A stretch of DNA of 43,596 nucleotides, filler included, from Jimgerdemannia flammicorona (Eukaryota): NCBI GenBank assembly GCA_003990765.1. It is 2 parts of 2 records of this genome, joined end to end, with 100 filler letters (N's around TTAATTAATTAA, not from the genome) between each part and the next. Parts side by side here need not be neighbours in the genome. Positions count along the whole stretch, not along the records: positions 1 to 21,749 come from RBNJ01001400.1; 1 more part is not named here. One strand, 5' to 3'. The position numbers and the translations under genes were made by a program. This document shows positions 11,947 to 21,849 of this stretch, in pieces. Each line of letters opens with the position of its first letter. Position 1 is the first letter of the stretch. The notes below the pieces were generated by a model, which worked only from the letters and a program-made list of their open reading frames with translations, did no database searches and had not been told where the DNA came from.

Positions 11947-11988
11947 ATGTTCACTTTGTCTGGTTTTGTTGCAGCACGCCCCATATAA
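11947..11988 (+). repeat. 42-bp direct repeat, copy 2
   Basis: 41/42 identical to 5778-5819. Confidence 0.95.
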
Positions 11989-12639
11989 AAGTGGCTGCCT
12001 CATATGTGCATGCGTACAAGGCAGACCCTTTTGGTGAAACTTAGAGAGGAATATATATAATATGGTTTATCTGCTTTGGTTTGTTACGCGTTTCATTGCA
12101 GTTTGAAATGTGCTTCTTTGGCTTGAGGGCTTTACATTTGTTTGAGGCAATGTATTTTGTATTCAGGTGCTTAGGTTTCGTATTTTTCACACTGTGTCGT
12201 TCATTATCGAGTAGTCTATGCTAGTATGTACATACATATCATGTTTCCTGAAACGCGTATTACCTTTGATAGTGTTGAGAACGCCCCAGGCCCCTAGTCA
12301 AGGGCTGCCGATATGACGCAACAATAAATACTCAATGCATCACTGATGATATTCTTTGCCATGAGAAAAGGGGTTTCTATATGGAGGATAACAAACGACG
12401 CGATTTAAGCACCTCCCCGCAGTGGCCTCTAAGAGGGTTGCGATTGTGCTGGGGTTCGGCTGAATGTTTTAGTCAGGGTGAGTATGCTTGGTAGGATATT
12501 TGTATTGGTATATCACTGGTGTGTGTTCCAACCTTTTTTTTTTTTTTTTTTTTGACGTGTATTTATTTTCCATATGGTCCTGATATAATACACGCAATAT
12601 CGCAGCCATTGAATATAATACCGAACACCCACTAACGTT

Positions 12640-14135
12640 TCCATTCAATTCCACGCAATGCCCTTCATGTCCGCGCCGTCGGTCGCATCACCGATCCCCT
12701 CCGTCTCCTGCTTCACCCACTCCATGAGATTATCGCTTACCCACACGATAACGGTCCGCCCTGCGCGCAATTTTTTTTCCTGATCTCCACACGCGGCCCC
12801 AAGTGCTCGTAGGCCTTGGCCACGGCATCTGTCGCATACGAGAGCGCTGGGCCCGCGTTTTCCGTGACAAGGGCAGCAACGACGACGGCGTGAGTTTGCA
12901 AAATGGTGTAGGCCGGGTGGACGTAGTTAGCAAAGAAGAGATAAGAGATGGTTGCAATCCAGGTGTTGACAGCGGCGAAGGTGGCGAGGAGGCGAGAGAG
13001 TAGTAGACGCGCGTGGGTGAGGGCGCCAGTGATGATGAGGACAGTGCTGTCGTAGAGGAGCATGATAACCGGGTGAATAAAGTGTGTATAGATGAAGTCG
13101 TAAAGACGGACGAGGGAACGGATGATGGGCCAGAGGGTGTTGATGATAAACGTGGCGGCGGAGAGGAGAGCAGATGAACATCTGGTGTAGATGTTAGAAA
13201 AGGCCGCCGAAAGACGTTTGTAAAGAGGGAAAGCGGAAGGAAGATGTGCTGGTGAGTCCAGTGCCAGGTGGCGATGATTTTGTTCGTCATCGACGAAAAA
13301 ATTGAACGTGCGAATGTCTTTCTGTGCCCAGAACATCGCTGAAGCCGCTAATCTCTTGCAGAGACCGATAAGGTGTTGCTATATTGCCTCCGAAACCAGA
13401 TGGTTGTAGACGACGATCAACAACTTCTGTATGGTTGGTCCGGTGAGAATTCCCCAAGCACGCTTGACCGCCCGGAAGGAGGACGTTGTCACGGATGAAT
13501 CGAGCCAGGCGGGGAGTCGTCACGGCCGCCAACGTCCACGCCTGTACTATTTTATCGCCGATGTATATCGCCAAAGGGGCTAGCACAGTATCCCACACCT
13601 TGGCGGTGACTCCAGCCAAGAAGGATGCTAAATCCATTGCGTCCATCCAGAGGACGGTCGCGAGATGAGAGGGTCGAGTAGCCAGAATTTTGCTCACGTC
13701 AAAGCCCTCTCCGACAAGGGTCTGGCAATATCAGTCCAGAACCGGGACAACTTTGCCTTGATCAAACTCGTGTAATAACCAACACACACATAAAAATATA
13801 CTATCAAACGGAACGCCTCCTCGCACCATTGACCTAATGCTGGCAATCCATATTCCCTGCCAGAAGCTTCATTTCAGGCAAGAAACGTTCATCCCATCAC
13901 ACGCCTATTGCTTTCATCGCCCGTGGACATTCCGTGATCATGTAAATGGCGAGCCTCCCGAGTTCCATTAGACAGCTTGCAGGAAGATGAGGACGCCGAG
14001 GTGGAAGAGATCCCATGCCACTCGCACGGCCAGGTAAAGGGAGGAACCTAGTTTGTGAGGTTCGGACGAATTCTGGGACGGTTGAAACGAGGAGGTGGTG
14101 GTTAGGCCGGTGGTGGTGTAAGAGGACGACATTTT
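12640..14135 (-). pseudogene. Frameshifted gene for a hydrophobic, multi-helix membrane protein of unknown family
   Basis: Consecutive overlapping hydrophobic ORFs (13968-14153, 13897-14181, 13287-13697, 12730-13290, 12737-13336) switch frame and contain in-frame stops without clear introns. Confidence 0.5.
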
Positions 14136-14237
14136 TGTGGTTGTGGTTAACAATGTGGCGGTGAGCTTGCGTTTCCGCCATGATAGGTAGTCCTTTGCGA
14201 CGTAGAGGAAGGCGGCGTTGAATAGAAGCTGCAGTTT

Positions 14238-14308
14238 GTGACGTTAATCGTGACGTTAATCGTGACGTGAATCGTGACGCGCAATCGTGTCACTATAAAA
14301 TTCACGTG
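14238..14308. promoter_or_regulatory. Four tandem 12-13 bp GTGACGTTAATC units, TATAAAA and TCACGTG upstream of the homocysteine methyltransferase
   Basis: Units at 14238, 14250, 14262 and 14274. TATAAAA at 14294-14300. TCACGTG at 14302-14308. Confidence 0.45.
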
Positions 14309-14358
14309 GCGGGACACCAAGTTTTTTTAAAAACAACTGCTCTGTCGAACAGTGAACG

Positions 14359-15484
14359 ATGGATGTATTGAATATTGCGAAACCTCTGCTTCTCGATGGC
14401 GGATTGGCAACGGAACTGGAGCGCTCTCACAATAAAGATCTTTCTGGACACCTCTGGTCCGCACAATTTTTGAAAGATGACCCCAATGCTATAAAGGTGA
14501 TATTTAGCACTTCCACACTAAACTCGTTCGATAATTGATACAAACTCGTAACAGAAATGTCATGTCATTCTCTGCGCTGACACAGGAAGTCCACCTTGCG
14601 TACTATATAGCCGGCGCCGACATTGCCACGACTTGCAGGTACATAGGAAACCGTCGTATCTCGTGATGTTGAGATATTCACGTATATATCTCATTGGGAC
14701 CAACCATCGCGATTCCAGCTATCAGGCGTCCTTTGAAGGATTCGACAAAGCAAAGATCTCGAGGGAACAAGCTGAGATTCTCATGAAACGTAGCGTTCAA
14801 ATAGCAAACGAAGCGCGGGATGCCTTTCTCTCAGAACAGAGCACCGTTAGGGGACGCTCGGGGAGACCGCTGGTAGCCTTATCGCTGGGCTGCTATGGCG
14901 CAATGCTCGCAACCGAGTACACCGGCGATTATTTCGGTGCCACCACGGATCAGCTCGTCGAGTTCCACCGCCAACGTTTGCGAGTATTCCTCACGGAGCC
15001 CGGTATCGATCTGATTGCCTTCGAGACTATCCCATCGCTGCAAGAAGCCGAAGCCATCAGGCAATTGCTTTGCGCGGAACCAACAACCATTCCCTGTTGG
15101 GTTTCATTCTCTTGCCGGGACGCTCATCACGTATCGCATGGGGAATCGCTGGTTGAATGCATCTCACGTTTCCACGACGTGGCGTCCGTGTCGGCAGTGG
15201 GCGTGAACTGCACAAAGCCCAAGTATGTGAACTCGTTGCTGACGGACGTCAAAACCGAACTCGACAGGGTCGGCTCGGACAAGTGGATCATCGTGTATCC
15301 AGACGGTGGGGATACGTGGGACGCCGGAGCGAGGGAATTTGTGCCGGAGACAGCGATCTTGCCTCACAATTTTGGTGTCTGTGCGCGCGAGTGGGTGCAG
15401 AAGTTCGGTCCCAAGATCATTATCGGGGGGTGTTGCAGAACAACTCCATCTCATATTTCCAACTTGCAGTTCGCTACAATTTGA
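14359..15484 (+). CDS. Homocysteine S-methyltransferase (Mht1/Sam4/MmuM family), 3 exons
   Basis: LLLDGGLATELE, LSGHLWSA, VHLAYYIAGADIATTCSYQAS, EYTGDY, DLIAFETIP, VGVNC and IIGGCCRTTP zinc-binding motifs. Exons 14359-14496, 14586-14638 and 14719-15484. Confidence 0.95.
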
Positions 15485-15761
15485 TAGGCAATTCAAAATC
15501 CCACTGAGATACTCGTGAGCATAGATAGCAGGTCTTGTACTAAAATCATTTCATTCGAAACTACAACTTAAACTCTCCTACAAAGAGCTATACTACAAAC
15601 GCAACCAGCAAAGTGAGGTACCTATGATAGGATACGCAGAAATTAAACATGGTCAGAATCCTTAGCCCACGCCACCCAATTCACATATGGTGGAGGTATG
15701 GGTCTGATGGAGGTTATAATCAGATAATATCAATAGAACTGTGCGGTTCGAAATTGCGCCA

Positions 15762-17918
15762 CTACGTGTTGGTAATAATACGCCTGGCAGTAGCAACTGA
15801 GGATCGATAAGAGTCAATGCACAAAAATCAATATGACATTTGGGCAGAAAACACAGGCAAGAATGTTATATATGAACAGAACCAAACCATACCGATTCTA
15901 AAGCCGGTTGGATAGGCGGCGTGTTCGTAATATTTTTGAATCTCTCGACCACGCATGATCAAGATGTCCCCGTGTGACAAACGCAATTTCAGAACAGTAC
16001 GGGAAACAGTAGATTCCGATGCGACGGTGGCCTCGCCCCTCTGAGCGATCGACACGGAATCATCCGAATCTTGAGAATTCAGCTTCGTATGTTTGCGCTT
16101 GGGGATGCGTTTCTGTCGATTGACGGTGACGGGGGTCGCAATAGGCGAACATGTCATTAATTTTGTTGACTCTAATAACGACGCTGGCGCTGGTGCTGGC
16201 AGCTTCCTTGGTCGGCCACGCGGCCTTTTAATCGTCACGGAAATCCCAAAAGGTGTTTGTCCAGGTGCCGGGAAAGGAGCAGCTGTGCTTGCTGAACTCG
16301 AAGCCAGTGTTTCGTTTGAAGGTGCGGATGCCTCACTTCCATCGAGAGCCTTGGCCACCTGAACAGGAGGATCGGGTACTTGAGAAACTGCGACGTCGAT
16401 ATTCGCGCCTTTTCGCGGCCGGCCGCGAGGTCGCTGGAGAGGAGAGACGTTTGGAGGAGTATGGGGACCCCGTTTGTGTCTAAACCACAGTTCAGCATCG
16501 CTCCCCATGCTCAAAGACGCAATAATTTCACCGACATCTTTCTCGCCTAATTTTTGAGCAAAGTGAGGATGTCATCATCAATACTAAACAAAAGTCGGTT
16601 CTGAATTACAAATAAATCCATAAATAACAGCAAAGATAGGATAAATGGCAGGTGCAATAGAACTTACCGTCATTGTGCCACGACATCCTCTGTCCCTCCA
16701 TGTAAGCGATACTTAGAACCTCGTTGAATTCATACTCCGGGTTGATGAGTCGCGATGTATTATGCACTATCTGAAGCGCACGACGAACTGCGAAGGGTGC
16801 TTGGTCCAAAGGTGCAGTTTCGACGCGCACCGCGTGTTTATATGGTGCGCCAGCATTGTACGAGAATTGGTTTGCAAGAAGGCGTGACCGAACTACTCAA
16901 AATAAAATTGCGCGGAATAGTTCAATGATTGTGAGCAAATAACATGGTTTGTAGCGATATGTACGCTTATGGATCCGAAGAAATGTGAGAAGTAATCATA
17001 CCTTTGGAATGAGCCAAAGGATGGCGACGGAAGCCGACGATATCCCGTTCGGGGGACTCCTCTTGCGTCTGGTAGAGCTCGAATAACTCGTCCGCTTCCC
17101 TTTTCAAACTTTGGGGTGAGATAAAATGGAAAATCAGCCCTCCTTTGGGAAATAAATAAACCACCTTGACTACTCCTCCTGGAAGGATTTCGCGTGCTTT
17201 TACGATGCCAGAGGTCGTCGATATATGAACCGGGCCCTCGTCCAAAACGGGACCATCGTACAACGGACTGTTGGGATTTCGGAGAACGGCCGCTGGAATA
17301 ATTGGGTGCGCGGTGTTGTGTAATGCCTAAATGCCATGTAAAAATGGGGGTTCAATGATTTCAAGCATTGAGAATCGTTTGTAGAAAGGGATGGGTATGC
17401 GGAGAGCGTAATAGCACGTACCCGACAATTCTGGCATTGCCAGCCCCGCCATTGCTCCCTGCAAGATATCCGTCCGCAACGCTCGCAATGGGAGCCCTTC
17501 CAGAAGAGGCGGCCTAAGTCATGAGTCACCTTGGTTGTGTCAGGCGGCAGAGGCGGAATAATCGAAAACGGCATCGCCCATTGATCAAACTCAGGCGCCA
17601 ATAGCCCGGGAGCTAGGAAGTCTTCTGAGATGGTTAGGTCCTTTGGTGGGTCGTCACAGGTCGTGGATCCTACGGTAAGACACTGTATCGCAACGTAGGA
17701 GTTGAAGCTGTGAGAAAAATGATTGGACTATTGTAGGATAGAAAACATATTCGAAAATACATTACCTTCCAGAATCTTTGGCAGGTAGCATTGAGACATA
17801 GCCAACCCTCTTTGTATATAATTGGGTACCTCCTGCCACATGCCTCACACTTGAGCTGGAAAATTGACCGTCGATGAACAGAAATTGTTCTATTCTCGAC
17901 GTTCACCGAGAAAGAGCC

Positions 17919-17956
<38 letters not shown>

Positions 17957-20073
17957 GACCGTTTCTCATGAGGAAAGAATTTTGAGGAATCCAGTATTAC
18001 CTTGTAGAGTTCGACGGTTCAGACTGAAATTCTGACTTCGAGATTCGTTCGCCTATTTAAAAGAGTGCAAGTGAAAAACCGAAGCGGTGTTCGTTTGTTA
18101 GAGCCAATTCTGCTTCAATAAGCTGGTTGGCTAGGTTCACCATGAATTACAGTCTCTACGTTCACAGCGTCAAGATTTATGGGATTAAACAGCGGACAAC
18201 TTCTTTGACTCGTCGTTTCTGCAATCCCGTTATTCTGTGGACAATACTCCCACCAATACTAATGTGATTTGGCATCTAGACTGCCATTAAGTTATGAGCG
18301 AGAATCCTGTCGGCTAAAGGGTCTTCTTGTTGTGCGACTTTCAGCCAAAAGTTCATAACGTACCGATTGGTTGCGTGTCCGATTCCCACCATGGTGCAAA
18401 TTCCTGGTTTTCGATCCACTCAAATCGGAATTTCCATCTGACGAATCCTCCCCGGGGTTCCAATGTTCCTAATCCAGGCCTAGACGTCGTCGACTCCATG
18501 CTCTCCCGTTTTGGCCGTTTCGCATCTCGAGTGTCACCGTTAATCAATAAGTCTTCGTCGGTCAGGTCACCATCATTGTCAATCTCTTGTTCCTCGATTT
18601 CTGCCTGGTAAATGGGGGACATCAGGAGAAATACGCCTGTCAGGTGGCACATTCATGTCTACGTGGTAAATAACAGGACAACACGAATATACTACCCAAG
18701 CGTTCTTCTTTTTACTTACCCATGCGTGCGTTATCCCGTACCAGCCCAACACACAGTATCGATGTGGGATCTCAAACGTGGTCTTTTTGTAGCGACTGCC
18801 GACGATGACTACGACCGGTTTCTTCTCATGATATGAATTCAACAACGCTGATATCGACAAATCGGAGCTATTTTGAGATGAAGATAGTCGATACTTTGCA
18901 ACCTTCTGCCTTTTAAGTGCCGCCGATGACGATGACGCACTTCGACCGCCGCTGTAACGCATTATTGTAGATGAGAAAAATCGCATATAGTTCCATTGAC
19001 ACAAGGATGGGTAAAAAGAGAACCACCAAAATGAGGAATAAAATATTACCCATGCGAGATGAATGTGCGGCCCGTGAACTCATCCCTCATAGATCCCCAC
19101 CCGTCGATCAAGAAACCGAACACGACGCCATTTTTATGGTAGACACCGCCATGATAGGAACGGAAATACGTTGTCCCTTCGCAGAGCTCCTGGCGGGTCT
19201 GGAACCAGATGCCAACAAAGTTAGTCCCAGGCGCGCATGTTTTTTCCCTTTTAGCTTTGTTCATTGCTGAGTGACATTGCTGACTATATTACCTCCGACC
19301 AGACTTGTGGGCCTCGGTGCCTGGGTTGAAATACATCACACGGAGGCGACTCGATGGTCAGGTTGGTGGTCAGGTTCGTGGCAGGATGATACTGAGCCTG
19401 ATCTTGGTCGGGCAACATATTGAAGCTATGGAGAGATGTCGGAATTCGTTGATCGGGGTCATTCTCGGTCATCATGAGGGAACGGAAATCGATCGACTGC
19501 TCAAGTAGATCCTGTGTATAATAAAGAGTGTATTTGGTCAACGTAATTTGGTTATTCATCAATCTCAATCACGGAGACGACCCAGCATACCGTGTACGAT
19601 TTCGCTATATAGGGGGGAGGTGCTTTGGAATCCGGATTATCTTCGAACGATGGAATGATAGGGATAATCATAGTTAGTGATAATAGAGGCCGTTATGATG
19701 TAAAAGTATTCCGAGTATATTATGTAACATCCTACACTGTGCGCAGCTTTCGGTTTTAAGCCTACTGTTTTCCAATATATATTACCTGAGAAGAAACCGG
19801 AGGGCGTTCACATTAAAACGAAAAAGGTGGGTTAAAAATTCCATAGGCTCTTCTCAACAACGTATTAAGATACCCACTTCGCTTAGTTGGTTCTTGGTCC
19901 AGGTAGCCAAGACGTTGCCGCTGCTCCTGCTGCTCCTGAGGCCGTGCTTGGGCTTGGGACGGAAATAATTGCGGGTGCCTTTGGAAGCGGGTGAATTCTT
20001 CGTATTGTTGCTTAAAACGCTGGAAGAGAACGAATTCTTCGAACTCGGAATATGTTTGCGCAGTCGACATCAT
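15762..20073 (-). CDS. Fungal AlkB-family 2OG-Fe(II) dioxygenase with N-terminal SAD/SRA-like domain, Cys clusters and two inserted AT-hooks (multi-exon)
   Basis: SRA-like VWSETRQELCE...YFRSYHGGVY...ISHGGG...ALLNSY...PVVVIVG...YCVLGWYGITHAW...RWKFRFE...PWW. Cys clusters CEACGR...WLCLNATC and CERCGRISCREQWRGWQCQNC. Catalytic FNEVLSIAYMEGQRMSWHND...IASLSMGS...LSHGDILIMRG...YYEH...FRIVATAR. RPRGRPRK occurs twice. The 5' exons and start codon are approximate. Confidence 0.88.
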
Positions 20074-20844
20074 CCCTATCGGTCCAAAAAAACAGTTCGT
20101 TGGCAGCTCACGTGGCAAAGAAATGTTTCAAATGACAACGTACCAGAAAGCCACATTTAAAGGGTAGGGCACCTAGTCAGGGTGTGTAGTATATACTAAC
20201 GATGAAAGTCTGAACGTAATATATATAATTACATGTCCCTGATTGCATTTATTTGTGGCGTGGGGTCTCAAATCCATGTGACATCTCAATGGTTGGATTT
20301 CACCCACTCGATCGAAAACGTCATCCTGACCCTTGCCATCCATTCATGGTATTATAAGCCCGGGTTGCCTTTTGATCGTGCATACGCAAACGACAAGATG
20401 CGAACTCTCATCAGTGTAAAATTATTGGCTGATAGAAAAGTGTGATATGATATAGTATTATCTATTTTGATATCTGAATTAAAAATAAATCATATGGAGA
20501 TATTTATAAGAAAATAGTCATTTTATTTTATTTTATTTTATTTATATAATATAGATAAATAAATCTTAATAAAGAAAAATTATTAATTAACTCTATTTTA
20601 ACTAATCAATAAAGCCAATTATTATATTATTATATTATATTATAATTTATAATTAATTATATAAGACTGATGTGATGGTTGATCCAAATTAAGAAGTATA
20701 ATCAGAAGATAGACATTTGATCATGATATCTGAATCTGATTCTTGATATTATAGCATCATAGTTAGCAGTCACTCAATCTCACAGATATAATTTATATGA
20801 TTATATAAAAAACACAACTATATATAGTACTCCAAATAAGCTAA

Positions 20845-21368
20845 TCCAGATCAGATTCAAATTTCATCTAAATCAACTTAGATGGAATTTAAATCTCATC
20901 TAGATCAATTCAAATCAACTATTGTTTAATTTCCAAATTAGATAATTAAATATTTACAAATAACTCAATGAATAATTATCTAATTTTGATAATCTTAGTG
21001 TCATTTGAAAGCCCTTAATAAGGTCTTTCTAATGATATCAAGAACATTGAAATTAAATCATATATTACTAAGTTATTAAGGAAACCATCTGACTCACCAA
21101 TTTTGAAAATTTCTTCAAAAGAATGTTTTCCTTAATAGCTTGGCAATATATAATCTGATTTTAATATTCTTAATATTATTAGAAAGGCCTTATTAGGGGC
21201 TTTCAAATAAAATCAAGATCATTAAAATTGAATAATTATTTATTAAGTTATTAATATAAACATTTAATTATCTAATTTAGAAATCAAAACAATGATTGAT
21301 TTGAATTGATCTAAATGGAATTCAAATCTTATCTAAGTTAATCTAGATAAAATTTAATTCAAATCTAA
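20845..21368. mobile_element. Foldback/MITE-like palindromic element with ~240-bp arms
   Basis: 20845-21087 is an imperfect reverse complement of 21124-21368, e.g. TTTGAAAGCCCTTAATAAGGTCTTTCTAAT vs ATTAGAAAGGCCTTATTAGGGGCTTTCAAA. Confidence 0.75.
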
Positions 21369-21749
21369 TCCAAATATAATCAACTATATAAAACTTATAA
21401 TTATATAGATTATCTCTTAGGTCATTGGCATCTGCAGGCAAATTTGTCTGCAAATTTCGCCATATGATTCAAGTGATATAATCAATCCTCATTAGTCAGA
21501 ATTTAGTGACATCATCCATATCTTCATAAACACACCTCACCGTATGCCGTATGCCACTTAGGTCGACACTCAAACACATATAAATATATATTCCTTTGAC
21601 TGTTTTGTATCTATATTTAGAGGTAAGATTTTAAAAGTTTATAACTTTTAAAATCATAATAGCTTTTAAAAAAAAATTTACCAATAATTTTTTATATAAT
21701 AATTCTACCTTTGGTAAACATTTTACAAAAAAAAAAAAAAATTTTTTTT

Positions 21750-21849
21750 NNNNNNNNNNNNNNNNNNNNNNNNNNNNNNNNNNNNNNNNNNNNTTAATTA
21801 ATTAANNNNNNNNNNNNNNNNNNNNNNNNNNNNNNNNNNNNNNNNNNNN
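21750..21849. other. Assembly gap / artificial contig linker
   Basis: 44 N, TTAATTAATTAA (stops in all six frames), 44 N. Confidence 0.97.

Noticed and set aside
5778..11988. 42-bp repeats as a CRISPR array or as attL/attR of one 6-kb island
   Set aside because: Only two copies 6 kb apart, no cas or integrase gene, and the interval contains the essential spliced sed5 gene.
17923..17953. Long poly(A) tract inside the AlkB gene, and others at 5451, 6496 and 12534
   Set aside because: Intronic polypyrimidine tract or simple homopolymers with no attached retroelement body.
21794..21805. TTAATTAATTAA palindrome within Ns
   Set aside because: Standard six-frame-stop linker used when joining contigs. 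It is not biological, and adjacency across it is unproven.
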